From: Patescibacteria group bacterium
GTDB taxonomy: Bacteria; Patescibacteriota; Patescibacteriia; Magasanikbacterales; GWA2-37-8
Direction of reading: 5' to 3'
DNA: 64,000 nucleotides
NCBI GenBank assembly: GCA_004321885.1
Contig: SCQK01000014.1
Location: 64,001 to 128,000 of the forward strand
Part shown: piece by piece, positions 7,806 to 17,498 of the stretch
Position numbering within the stretch: position 1 is the stretch's first letter
How the letters are laid out: each line of letters opens with the position of its first letter
Translations under genes and position numbers: made by a program
Notes under the pieces: model-generated
Database searches by the model: none
Seen by the model: the letters and a program-made list of their open reading frames with translations, nothing else
What the model was told of the DNA's origin: nothing

Positions 7806-9298
7806 ATAAAATTTTCAAAAAAATTCAGGCAGTGGCCCAAAAAAATAAGACCCCGTGCTATGTGGTGGGCGGTTTTGTGCGCGATATGCTGATGGACAAG
7901 GCGCGGGAAAAAGACGTGGATTTTGTGATTTTGGGAAGCGGGCTGGGGTTTGCCAAAAAATTTGACCAGGCCATGAAGCAAGAGGGGAGTTTAATTGAGT
8001 TTCCGGATTTTGACACGGCGCGGTATATTTTGACCCCTTCTAAATCCTCCCCTTATCAAGGGGAGGATAACGAGCAAATCGTGCTGGAGTTCGCGGGCGC
8101 GCGAGGGGAAGAATATGACGAGAAAAGCCGCAAGCCCAGGGTAAAGCCGGCCACGTTAAAACAAGATTTAGAGCGCCGCGATTTTACCATCAACGCGATG
8201 GCCATGAGTATTGACGACTACCCCTCCGGCCGTCCGCCACAGGGCGGACGGCCGCCTCCCCTTATAAAGGGGAGGCTGATAGACCCGTTCGGCGGGCAGG
8301 AAGATTTGAAAAATAAAATTCTGCGCACGCCGCTTGACCCGGACAAAATATTTTCCGAGGACCCTTTGCGCATGATGCGCGCCGCGCGCTTCGCGGGCCA
8401 GCTTGGTTTTGCCATAGACACTTTTGCTTTGCAGGCCATTTACCGCAACCGCGAGCGCCTGAAAATCGTTTCGGCCGAGCGCGTGCAAGAGGAGCTGTTA
8501 AAAATGCTTTCCACGCCCGAGCCATCTATTTGTCTGGCTCTGCTTTTTCAAACCCACCTGTTGGATTTGGTGTTGCCAGAGGTGGCCAAGCTGGACGGGG
8601 TGGAAGAAATTTACGGCCACCAGCACAAAAACAATTTATCACACACCTTTAAAGTGGTGGACAATATCGCCGAGCGCTCGCCCAAAGTCATGTTGCGCTT
8701 TGCCGGCCTGCTGCACGACATCGGCAAGGCGTCCACTAAAAAATTTATTCCGCGTCAGGGCTGGACTTTTTACCAGCACGAGCACATGGGCAAAAAAATG
8801 GTTTATCAAATCGGCAAGCGCCTGCGCTTGTCCACGGACCACACGGATTATTTGGCCAAAATGGTGCGCTGGCACCAGCAGCCGATAAGCCTGATGGACA
8901 AGGGCATCACGGATTCGGCGGTGCGTCGCCTGATTGTGAATTTGGGTGATGAGTTGGAAGATTTGTTGATACTTGGCCGGAGCGACATTACCACGGGCAA
9001 TCCGTTGAAAAAAGAAAAACGCCTGGGCAATTACGACCGACTGGAAAAGCGCATTGCCGAGGTTTTGGAAAAAGATAAATTGCGCGCCTTTCAGTCGCCG
9101 GTGCGCGGGGAAGAAATCATGAAAGAGTGCGGCTTGAAAGCCGGGCCGACAGTGGGAAAAATAAAAGACGCGATAGAGGAGGCCATTCTTGACGGAATCA
9201 TACCAAATGAGTATGATAAAGCGAGGGAGTACTTGTTTGAAATTAAGAATAAGTATCTGGAAAAAGCCCAGGATTGGGAAAGAGTGAAAAATATATGA
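7796..9298 (+). CDS. cca: CCA-adding tRNA nucleotidyltransferase / poly(A) polymerase family with HD domain
   Basis: GGFVRDMLM...DVDFV is the class II nucleotidyltransferase head. The HD motif LLHDIGK is present. 500 aa. Two in-frame palindromic insertions lie at 8044..8068 and 8226..8276. Confidence 0.85.
   Translation: MVLDKIFKKIQAVAQKNKTPCYVVGGFVRDMLMDKAREKDVDFVILGSGLGFAKKFDQAMKQEGSLIEFPDFDTARYILTPSKSSPYQGEDNEQIVLEFAGARGEEYDEKSRKPRVKPATLKQDLERRDFTINAMAMSIDDYPSGRPPQGGRPPPLIKGRLIDPFGGQEDLKNKILRTPLDPDKIFSEDPLRMMRAARFAGQLGFAIDTFALQAIYRNRERLKIVSAERVQEELLKMLSTPEPSICLALLFQTHLLDLVLPEVAKLDGVEEIYGHQHKNNLSHTFKVVDNIAERSPKVMLRFAGLLHDIGKASTKKFIPRQGWTFYQHEHMGKKMVYQIGKRLRLSTDHTDYLAKMVRWHQQPISLMDKGITDSAVRRLIVNLGDELEDLLILGRSDITTGNPLKKEKRLGNYDRLEKRIAEVLEKDKLRAFQSPVRGEEIMKECGLKAGPTVGKIKDAIEEAILDGIIPNEYDKAREYLFEIKNKYLEKAQDWERVKNI
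8226..8276. repeat. composite palindromic insertion (GGCCGTCCGCC..GGCGGACGGCC plus family-A CCTCCCCTTATAAAGGGGAGG) in-frame within cca
   Basis: Encodes PSGRPPQGGRPPPLIKGRL. Two adjacent perfect inverted repeats. Confidence 0.7.
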
Positions 9299-11022
9299 AA
9301 AGAAAATATTGGATTATCGGGGGAATAGTCGTGTTGGCCATCGGCGGCCTGGTTTATCGCGGCTACAAAAAAAGCCATCCGCCGGCGCAATACGAAACAG
9401 TGAAAATTCAGCGCGGGGATTTGAAACAGACCGTGGAGGTAACCGGCAAGGTGGAGGCAAACGATGATTTGTCTTTGCGTTTTGAGGTGCCTGGCACAGT
9501 GGGCAATGTGGCGGTAAAAGAAGGGCAGAAGGTTAAAAAAGGGCAGACACTGGCGTCTTTGCGTCTGGCCGACCTCAACGCGGCCGTGGCCCAGGCCGCG
9601 GCCAATTTGAACCAAAAATTAGCCGGCGCCACGCAGTCGGAACGGGATTATTACAAGGCCGTGATGGAACAGGCCCAGGCCGACTGGGATAAGGCCAAAG
9701 TGGACACGGCCGCCAGTATTGCCACAGCCGAGTCCGCGTACATCACCGCCAAAAATAATCTTAAGCTGGCCGAGGGCGGGGAAAACAGCCTCATTGTAAA
9801 TAACGCCTACGACAACGCCATCATCACGGCTCAAACTTCCCTTTCGGTTTTAGACGACGGCCTCACCCAGGCCGACAATATCTTGGGCATAGACAACACT
9901 CTGGCCAACGACAGTTTTGAAAGTTATTTATCTTTGCTTGACCTAAACAAATTAAATTTAGCAAAATCCTCTTATGCCACTGCCAAAGAAGCCAAGGCCG
10001 CGGCGCGCGCCGCGATTTCGGCTCTGGCCGTAAAAGTTTCCAGTCATAGCGATGTGGACAGCGCGCTCGTCAAAGCCGCCGATGCCGCGACCAGGATGAA
10101 TACCTTGCTTTCGCAGGTCTCGGAAGTTTTATACAACACCGCGCCCATGGGTTCGCTGACACAAGCCTCTTTGGACGCCAAAAAAACTACTATTGAAACC
10201 ACGCGCGCCAGCGTCAATGCCCAGTATAAAAAAATAGTGGAGGCCCAGCAGGCTATCGTGGACGCCAAGAGCAGTTATTCAAACTACCAGGTGGCCTATG
10301 ATAAAGCGGCCAAAGATTTAGCTGATGCCAAAGCCGCCGCCGAGAGCGCCCTTAAAATAAAAGAAGCGCTGTACAACCAGGCGTACGCGAATTGGCAGAA
10401 TAAAACTAGCCCCACCCGCGCCGTGGACGTGGCCGCCTATCGCGCCGCTCTGGCCCAGGCCGCGGCCAACAGAAACAAGGCTATCATCGCCGCGCCCATA
10501 GACGGCCAGGTGGCCAAGATAAACAAAAAAGTCGGCGAGCTGGTAACCTCGGCCGACGTGATGATAAATTTGATATCCCCGCATTTTGTGATAAAGGTGG
10601 ATGTGCCCGAGACCGATGTTTCCAAGCTGACCGTGGGCGACCAGGCGGCGATAACCTTGGACGCCTGGGGCAGTGACACAAAATTTTCCGGCGGGGTAAC
10701 GGCAATAGAATCCAATTCCACCGAGATTCAGGATGTGGTTTATTACAAGGTTAAAATTCGCATCATGCCGGCCAGCGCGCCGGTTAAAGCCGGCATGACC
10801 GCGAATATTACCGTGGACACGGATGCGCGCGCCGGAGTTTTGTTTGTGCCCCTACGCTCGGTGCGCACCGATGTGGAAGACAAGCGCTTTGTGAAGGTGT
10901 TAGAGAACGGCGAAGAGAAAGACGTGTACGTGAGATTGGGTTTGAAAGCGAATGAGGGGAAGGTGGAAATTTTAGAGGGGCTGACCGAGGGGCAGGAAGT
11001 GATTCTCTCCATAAAAAAATAA
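9295..11022 (+). CDS. HlyD-family efflux transporter periplasmic adaptor subunit (MacA-like)
   Basis: N-terminal TM anchor, a long Ala-rich coiled coil and a C-terminal beta-barrel. It sits upstream of the ABC ATPase and two FtsX-type permeases. Confidence 0.8.
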   Translation: MKRKYWIIGGIVVLAIGGLVYRGYKKSHPPAQYETVKIQRGDLKQTVEVTGKVEANDDLSLRFEVPGTVGNVAVKEGQKVKKGQTLASLRLADLNAAVAQAAANLNQKLAGATQSERDYYKAVMEQAQADWDKAKVDTAASIATAESAYITAKNNLKLAEGGENSLIVNNAYDNAIITAQTSLSVLDDGLTQADNILGIDNTLANDSFESYLSLLDLNKLNLAKSSYATAKEAKAAARAAISALAVKVSSHSDVDSALVKAADAATRMNTLLSQVSEVLYNTAPMGSLTQASLDAKKTTIETTRASVNAQYKKIVEAQQAIVDAKSSYSNYQVAYDKAAKDLADAKAAAESALKIKEALYNQAYANWQNKTSPTRAVDVAAYRAALAQAAANRNKAIIAAPIDGQVAKINKKVGELVTSADVMINLISPHFVIKVDVPETDVSKLTVGDQAAITLDAWGSDTKFSGGVTAIESNSTEIQDVVYYKVKIRIMPASAPVKAGMTANITVDTDARAGVLFVPLRSVRTDVEDKRFVKVLENGEEKDVYVRLGLKANEGKVEILEGLTEGQEVILSIKK

Positions 11023-11023
11023 A

Positions 11024-11074
11024 CCCCACCCTGCCACCACACCAAAGATTTTGGTGTGGTGGCAGGGGGAGGGG
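11024..11074. repeat. family-B palindromic repeat (CCACCACACCAAAGATTTTGGTGTGGTGG)
   Basis: Perfect inverted repeat between the adaptor and the ATPase. Relatives are at 26630/26728, 41395 and 58424. Confidence 0.7.
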
Positions 11075-11081
11075 TATTTTT

Positions 11082-11804
11082 ATGTCGCTCATAGATGTTA
11101 AGAATTTGAGCAAAGAATACAGAAACGGAGAAGTGGTAACGCCGGTCTTGCGCGGGCTTAATTTTGCCATCCAAAAAGGCGAGTTCGCGGCCATTATGGG
11201 GCCGAGCGGTTCGGGCAAATCCACCCTAATGCATATCTTGGGGTTTTTGGACACGCTTTCCTCCGGCCAATATATTTTTGACGGCCGCGACGTTAGCACG
11301 CTTTCCGAAGACGAGCTGGCGGAGATGCGCAGCTGCTCGGTTGGTTTTGTTTTTCAATCCTTTAATTTACTGCCGCGCACCACTGTGCTTGATAACGCCA
11401 TTCTGCCTTTGATGTATACCAAAGACAAGCGCCCGGAGTGGTCGGCCAAAGCCAAAGCGGCGCTTGAAAGCGTGGGCCTGGGCCACCGCCTGCACCACAT
11501 GTCCGACCAGCTCTCGGGCGGGGAAAAACAGCGCGTGGCCATCGCGCGGGCGCTGATAAACAAGCCCGAGCTCATTTTTGCCGACGAGCCCACAGGCAAT
11601 CTTGATTCCAAATCCGGCTTGCAGGTCATGAAAATTTTTCAGGACTTGAACGCGCAAGGCCATACTGTAATTCTGGTAACGCACGAAAAATACACGGCCG
11701 AGCACGCCCAGCGCATTTTGCGCCTCAAGGACGGTGCGTTGGTGGGCGATGAGAAGGTGAGAGACCGCCAGCTCGCGGACGGAAACGGCGAATTGAGGAA
11801 ATGA
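11082..11804 (+). CDS. ABC transporter ATP-binding protein (MacB/LolD/FtsE-like)
   Basis: Walker [10 protein letters not shown], signature [15 protein letters not shown], Walker [12 protein letters not shown]. Confidence 0.9.
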   Translation: MSLIDVKNLSKEYRNGEVVTPVLRGLNFAIQKGEFAAIMGPSGSGKSTLMHILGFLDTLSSGQYIFDGRDVSTLSEDELAEMRSCSVGFVFQSFNLLPRTTVLDNAILPLMYTKDKRPEWSAKAKAALESVGLGHRLHHMSDQLSGGEKQRVAIARALINKPELIFADEPTGNLDSKSGLQVMKIFQDLNAQGHTVILVTHEKYTAEHAQRILRLKDGALVGDEKVRDRQLADGNGELRK

Positions 11805-11823
11805 ATAGTGAAGGGAATACCTT

Positions 11824-13062
11824 ATGCACTACGGCAACAGCATGCATTGTTCGTGGAAAACGCTCGCGGCTAATAAGGCGCGTTCTTTTTTGTCTATGCT
11901 CGGCGTGATTATCGGCGTGATGGTCGTCATTATCATTATTTCCGTGGGCGCGGGCGCGCAAAGCTTGATTTTGAATCAGATCAAGAGTTTGGGCTCAAAT
12001 TTAGTCGGGGTTTTGCCCGGCCAGTCCGAGGAAAAAGGCCCGCCCGTGGCCGCCCTGGGCGTGGTTATCACCACTTTGAAATATGAAGACGGCAAAGCCA
12101 TTGCCCAGTCTGGCAATCCGCATATCATTGGCGTGGCCTCTTATGTGCGCGGCATTGATACGGTTGTTGTTGGAGATAAAAAAACAGATACGAATTTTTT
12201 GGGCACTACGGCCAGCTATATCAATGTGGAAGACGCGAACGTGGAAACCGGCAGATTTTTTACCGAGGAAGAAGAGCGGGCCATGGGCCGGGTGGCGGCG
12301 CTGGGCAGCCAAGTGGCGCAGGATTTGTTTGGCAATGATGACCCGCTCGGCAAACAAATAAAAATTAAGCGCACGCCGTTTACGATTATCGGCGTGATGA
12401 AAGCGCGCGGGGTGAGCGGTTTTCAAAACCAGGATAATCAGATTTTTGTGCCCCTGCCCGCGGCGCAAAAATTACTGCTCGGCATCAATCATGTCAGTTT
12501 TATGCGCGTAAAAGTTGACAGCGGCGAGTATGTGGACAGCGCCATGGATTTCGTGAAACAGATTTTGCGCGCAGAGCACGGCATTACGAACGCGGCTGAC
12601 GATGACTTTACCGTGCGCTCGGCCACCGATGGTTTGGCCGCGCTCACTCAAATTACCAATGCCCTGCGTTTTTTCCTGGCCGCGGTGGCCAGCATCGCGC
12701 TGGTGGTGGGCGGATTTGGCATAATGAATATCATGCTGGCGGCTGTTACCGAGCGCACCCGCGAAATCGGTTTGCGCAAAGCAGTCGGGGCGCGTCACAG
12801 CGATATCACGCGTCAGTTTTTGGTGGAGACCGTTACCATTACTTTGTCCGGCGGCATTATCGGGGCGCTGTTTGGCATTTTGCTCTCGGTAATCGCGGCC
12901 ACGGTGGCGCAAAATTTGGGCTATAAATGGGATTTGGTCGTCACGTTTTCCTCGGTGCTCTTTGCCGGCGCGGTGTCTGTCGCCATCGGACTTATTTTTG
13001 GCATTGTGCCGGCCCGCCGCGCCAGCCGCCTCAATCCGATAGAAGCCTTGCGGTACGAGTAA
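11824..13062 (+). CDS. ABC transporter permease (MacB_PCD plus FtsX domain)
   Basis: N-terminal TM, a large periplasmic domain and a C-terminal FtsX-like four-TM bundle ending PIEALRYE. Confidence 0.85.
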   Translation: MHYGNSMHCSWKTLAANKARSFLSMLGVIIGVMVVIIIISVGAGAQSLILNQIKSLGSNLVGVLPGQSEEKGPPVAALGVVITTLKYEDGKAIAQSGNPHIIGVASYVRGIDTVVVGDKKTDTNFLGTTASYINVEDANVETGRFFTEEEERAMGRVAALGSQVAQDLFGNDDPLGKQIKIKRTPFTIIGVMKARGVSGFQNQDNQIFVPLPAAQKLLLGINHVSFMRVKVDSGEYVDSAMDFVKQILRAEHGITNAADDDFTVRSATDGLAALTQITNALRFFLAAVASIALVVGGFGIMNIMLAAVTERTREIGLRKAVGARHSDITRQFLVETVTITLSGGIIGALFGILLSVIAATVAQNLGYKWDLVVTFSSVLFAGAVSVAIGLIFGIVPARRASRLNPIEALRYE

Positions 13063-13065
13063 CTT

Positions 13066-14310
13066 ATGAATAAAACCATTTTTCAATTAGCCATTACTGC
13101 TTTGCGGCGCCAGAAAACGCGCGCCATTTTAACCATGGTCGCCATCAGCATTGGCATCGCGGCTGTCGTGGTAATGTCTGCGGCCGGCAAGGGGCTGGAA
13201 AAAATGGTCATTAGCGAGCTTGATGTTTTTGGGCCCAATACGATTGAAATAGAAGTAAAGGTGCCGAGCGTGAAAAAAACTTCTAGCGAAAACGCCATGG
13301 GTCTTTCCACGGGCATTACCATTACCACGCTTAAGGACCGCGACATTGATTCGGTGCGCCAGCATCCCAACATTGAATACGCCAACGGCTCGGTGATGGG
13401 GCAGGAATCGGTGAGCTACGGCGGGCAAATAAAAAAAGTGGTGCTGATGGGGCACGGCTGGGAGCAGGCACTGATAGACGACGTGAAATTTGCCAGCGGC
13501 CGTTTTTTTACCAAAGAAGAAGAAGAGTCGCTGAATTCGGTGGCGGTGCTGGGCAACGCGGTCAAGCAAAAAATGTTTGGCGATGACGAGGCAATCGGCA
13601 AAACCATTTACGTGAAAGGCAAGCCTTTCAAGGTGGTGGGCGTGATGGCCAAGCGCGGGGCCGCTTTTTTCTTTGACATAGACAACATGGTTACCCTGCC
13701 CACCAAAACAATGCAAAAAAAACTTTTAGGCATCAATTATGTCATGTACATCATGGCCAAGATGAAAGACCGTACGCAAGCCAAGCAGACCGCGGTCGAG
13801 CTCACGGAAATAATTCGCGCCAATCACGGCATCACGGACCCGGACAAAGATGATTTCGCTGTCAATACCATGGAAGAGGCCAAAGCCATTTTGAAAACCA
13901 TTATCGGCGCGCTGACCCTGCTTCTCATCGCGCTGGTGTGCATTTCGCTGGTGGTGGGCGGGGTGGGTATTATGAATATAATGTATGTGTCCGTGGCCGA
14001 GCGTAAATTTGAAATCGGCCTGCGCAAATCCGTGGGCGCCAGGCGTCAGGATATTTTATGGCAATTTTTGGACGAAGCTGTCATTCTCACCACCGGCGGA
14101 GGAGTGCTGGGAATTGTTTTGGGCGCCCTGCTCGCGTTTGTCATCTACATTGTGGCAATATCCTACGGCTTCAAATGGTCGTATATTTTGCCGTTCTCTT
14201 CCATTTTATTATCCCTCGGCTTCTCGGCCTTTATCGGCATTCTTTTTGGTGTTTACCCGGCCAAAAAAGCCGCCTCACTAAACCCCATTGAGGCCTTGCG
14301 CCGGGAGTAA
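13066..14310 (+). CDS. ABC transporter permease (MacB_PCD plus FtsX domain), paralogue
   Basis: Same architecture as the preceding gene. C-terminus NPIEALRRE. Confidence 0.85.
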   Translation: MNKTIFQLAITALRRQKTRAILTMVAISIGIAAVVVMSAAGKGLEKMVISELDVFGPNTIEIEVKVPSVKKTSSENAMGLSTGITITTLKDRDIDSVRQHPNIEYANGSVMGQESVSYGGQIKKVVLMGHGWEQALIDDVKFASGRFFTKEEEESLNSVAVLGNAVKQKMFGDDEAIGKTIYVKGKPFKVVGVMAKRGAAFFFDIDNMVTLPTKTMQKKLLGINYVMYIMAKMKDRTQAKQTAVELTEIIRANHGITDPDKDDFAVNTMEEAKAILKTIIGALTLLLIALVCISLVVGGVGIMNIMYVSVAERKFEIGLRKSVGARRQDILWQFLDEAVILTTGGGVLGIVLGALLAFVIYIVAISYGFKWSYILPFSSILLSLGFSAFIGILFGVYPAKKAASLNPIEALRRE

Positions 14311-14332
14311 GAGCTTGGTATGCTATGCCCGT

Positions 14333-16147
14333 ATGACCGACACTCAAGCCATCAAAGACCGGCTGGATATTGTGCAAATCATCGGCGAATATCTGCAGTT
14401 GAAAAAAGCCGGGGCCAACTGGAAGGCCAACTGCCCATTTCATCAGGAGAAAACCCCGTCTTTTATGGTGCACCCGGAAAAGCAGATATTTCATTGCTTT
14501 GGCTGCGGCAAAGGCGGGGATGTTTTTACCTTTGTGCAGGAAATGGAAGGGTTTGATTTTCCCGAAGCCCTGAAATTTTTGGCTGACCGCGCCGGGGTGA
14601 AGATAGACACGTATCGCAGTGAAATAGACAAAAGCCAGCGCAACCGGATTTTGGAAATCAACAACAAGGCCGCGTATTTTTTTCATCATTTTTTACTGGA
14701 AATGCCCGGGGCGCAAAAGGCCCGCGATTATTTAACGGAAAGAAAATTAAAACCCGAAACAATAGAAGAATGGCAGGTGGGCTTTGTGCCTGACCAGTGG
14801 GACTTGCTTACGCAATATTTATTAAAAAAAGGATTTGGCATAGATGATTTGGTTTTAGCGGGGTTGACCATAAAAAGAGAAGGGGCCAGCTTGTACTCGG
14901 GCAAGGGTTTTTACGACCGTTTTCGCGGTCGCATCATGTTTCCCATTTGGGACGCGCACGATAATGTCGTCGGTTTTACGGGCAGGATTTTGGTGGAAAC
15001 CGAACATTCCGGCGGCAAGTACGTCAATACTCCCCAAACCCTGGTTTATGATAAGTCACGCGTGCTTTACGGCATAAACAAGGCCAAACAAGAAATAAAA
15101 GCCAAAGATTTGGCTGTGCTAGTGGAAGGACAAATGGACGTCATCGCTTGCCATCAGGCCGGCATGAAAAATGTCTTCGCGGTTTCGGGCACGGCCCTGA
15201 CTGCGGAGCAGATAAAATTAATAAAGCGATACACCAACAACGCGGCCTTTGCTTTTGACGTGGACGCGGCCGGGCAAAACGCGGCCAAGCGAGGGATAGA
15301 CGCGGCCATAGAACAAGGCTTGAACACAAAAATTGTTCAACTACCCGAAGGCGCCGGCAAAGACGCGGATGAGTGTATAAAAGCAAATTCACAAATTTGG
15401 TTCAAGGCTGTGGAACAAGCCAAGGATGTGATGCAATGGCTGTTTGAAAAAAATTTGGCCGGGGTGGATATAGTCGACCCCAAGCAAAAACAGAGAGCCG
15501 GGCACAATTTACTCATAGAAATCAGCCGTTTGCCTTATGCTTTGGAACGCGACCATTGGCTAAAAGTATTGGCTGAGCGCCTGCGTGTGGACGAGGAAGT
15601 ATTGAGAGAAGAAATGAAGAGCGCGGCCAAAGACGCGGCCAAAGAAGACAGGCGCGGCGGTTCCCCTCCCATTGATAAGAAGAGGGATGGGGAGGGGTCT
15701 GTGAACACATTAGTTGTTCAAACCCGCTATGACCTGCTCCTGCAGAATCTGTGGGCTTTGCTTCTTAAATACCCCTCGCTCATTAGCGCGTTTTGGAGCT
15801 CGCTGAAAGAGGACTATTTTTCCGGCACAGGGTTTGGATTGCTTTACGATTTGGCGAAAAAGAGGTATAATACCGGCAGTGTGTCGCCCGAGGATTTGAG
15901 GGCTGATTTTGGCAACCAAGAGCAAAATTTTATTGATGTTTTATTGCTCAAGGCAGACACCATTTATGGCGATTACAAAGAGAGTGAGAGCGCGAAAGAA
16001 ATTGAATTGATTTTGGCCGAGTTAAATAAAAGCTGGGTGAAAAACAAGCGTGAACAGCTGATGGAAAAATTGAAAGAAGCGCAAAAAAACGGGGATTTGG
16101 GCGAGGTTAAAGATATTTTGTATAAAATTATTGAGTTAAACGAATAA
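14333..16147 (+). CDS. dnaG: DNA primase DnaG
   Basis: CHC2 zinc finger CPFHQEKTPSF...HCFGCGKGGD. TOPRIM EGQMDVIA. ATG at 14333. One in-frame family-A insertion at 15663..15697. Confidence 0.9.
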   Translation: MTDTQAIKDRLDIVQIIGEYLQLKKAGANWKANCPFHQEKTPSFMVHPEKQIFHCFGCGKGGDVFTFVQEMEGFDFPEALKFLADRAGVKIDTYRSEIDKSQRNRILEINNKAAYFFHHFLLEMPGAQKARDYLTERKLKPETIEEWQVGFVPDQWDLLTQYLLKKGFGIDDLVLAGLTIKREGASLYSGKGFYDRFRGRIMFPIWDAHDNVVGFTGRILVETEHSGGKYVNTPQTLVYDKSRVLYGINKAKQEIKAKDLAVLVEGQMDVIACHQAGMKNVFAVSGTALTAEQIKLIKRYTNNAAFAFDVDAAGQNAAKRGIDAAIEQGLNTKIVQLPEGAGKDADECIKANSQIWFKAVEQAKDVMQWLFEKNLAGVDIVDPKQKQRAGHNLLIEISRLPYALERDHWLKVLAERLRVDEEVLREEMKSAAKDAAKEDRRGGSPPIDKKRDGEGSVNTLVVQTRYDLLLQNLWALLLKYPSLISAFWSSLKEDYFSGTGFGLLYDLAKKRYNTGSVSPEDLRADFGNQEQNFIDVLLLKADTIYGDYKESESAKEIELILAELNKSWVKNKREQLMEKLKEAQKNGDLGEVKDILYKIIELNE

Positions 16148-16153
16148 CGCGTT

Positions 16154-17482
16154 ATGTCTAGAAAAAGAGGGAAAAAGGTTTTGGCGCGAAAAAAATTGAA
16201 GGTTACGAAGCGCCAAGCGCCAAAGCGCGCCGTAAAAAAAATCAAGCGGGTCAAGAAAAAAGCGCGCGCCTCCAAAGGCCGCAAAATAAAAAAGACGTTT
16301 AGGTCCGCGAAAAAGCCTGCCCATGCGGCAGGCAGGCCTGTTTTTGTTAAAGGTAAAAAATCCATACCGCCGCTGGAAGTTATCGCCGAGCCGACCGGCG
16401 AGCAAATTTGGGCGCTCATTGCCAAGGGGCGCAACCGCGGTTTTATCACCCAGATGGAATTGGAGCAGTTATTCTCTCGTCCCGAGCGCTATTTAGATTT
16501 GTACGAGGGTTTTATAGAAACGTTGGATAAAAACGGGGTCTCGCTGGTAGAGCACGTCGGCGGTCTTTTGGCCGACAAAAAAGACAAGCAGATAGTTTTG
16601 AAACAATTTCAGGGAGAACAACCGGACATGGATTCACCTTTTGATTTAGGGCAAATTTCTTCGGATTCAATTCAGATGTACTTGCGCGAAATCGGCAAGA
16701 TTCCGTTGCTTACCGGCGAGGAAGAAGTGTCTTTAGCCAAGCGTAAAGAGCGCGGCGATAAAGAGGCCGAGCAGAAATTAATTTCGGCCAATTTGCGCCT
16801 GGTGGTTTCTATTGCTAAAAAATTTATCGGCAAATCCCTGTCTTTGCTGGATTTGATTCAGGAAGGCAACATCGGCCTGTTTCGCGCCGTCAAAAAATTT
16901 GACTACCGCAAGGGCTATAAATTTTCCACCTACGCCACCTGGTGGATTCGTCAGGCCATTACCCGCGCCTTGGCGGACCAGAGTCGCACTATCCGCATTC
17001 CGGTGCACATGGTGGAAACCATCAACCGCTTCCAGCAGGTGCAGAGGCGGCTGTTGCAGGATTTGGGGCGCGACCCCACGCCCGAAGAATTGGCCGCCGA
17101 GATGGGCGAAGAGGTGGGCAAGATAAATCACATCATCAAAATTTCGCAGGAGACCGTGTCTTTGGAAATGTCCGTGGGCGACGACGATGACGATGATTCG
17201 TCTTTGCAGGATTTTGTGGAGGACGTGAAAAACTTGTCGCCGGACCGCGTGGCCGGCATGGAGATTTTGCGCGATTATGTCAAAGACGCCATCAAAGACC
17301 TGTCCCCGCGCGAGCAGAAAATTTTGGAAATGCGCTTTGGCCTCACCGACGGCGTAACCCACACCCTGGAAGAAGTGGGCAAGGAATTTGACGTGACCCG
17401 CGAGCGCATCCGCCAGATAGAAGCCAAGGCCCTGGAAAAAATCAAAGCCATGGGCATTATCAGCAAGTTGAGGGATTATTAA
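16154..17482 (+). CDS. rpoD: RNA polymerase sigma factor RpoD (sigma-70) with basic N-terminal extension
   Basis: Regions 2-4 conserved ([29 protein letters not shown]...TRERIRQIE). This is the classic dnaG-rpoD arrangement. Confidence 0.9.
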   Translation: MSRKRGKKVLARKKLKVTKRQAPKRAVKKIKRVKKKARASKGRKIKKTFRSAKKPAHAAGRPVFVKGKKSIPPLEVIAEPTGEQIWALIAKGRNRGFITQMELEQLFSRPERYLDLYEGFIETLDKNGVSLVEHVGGLLADKKDKQIVLKQFQGEQPDMDSPFDLGQISSDSIQMYLREIGKIPLLTGEEEVSLAKRKERGDKEAEQKLISANLRLVVSIAKKFIGKSLSLLDLIQEGNIGLFRAVKKFDYRKGYKFSTYATWWIRQAITRALADQSRTIRIPVHMVETINRFQQVQRRLLQDLGRDPTPEELAAEMGEEVGKINHIIKISQETVSLEMSVGDDDDDDSSLQDFVEDVKNLSPDRVAGMEILRDYVKDAIKDLSPREQKILEMRFGLTDGVTHTLEEVGKEFDVTRERIRQIEAKALEKIKAMGIISKLRDY

Positions 17483-17498
17483 TCACAAACCTGTCAAT

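Noticed and set aside
12472-13716. Minus-strand ORFs 12472..13086 (204 aa) and 13129..13716 (195 aa)
   Set aside because: Antisense to the two FtsX-type permease genes. His/Arg/Gly-rich artefacts.
16778-17362. 194-aa minus-strand ORF
   Set aside because: Antisense within rpoD.
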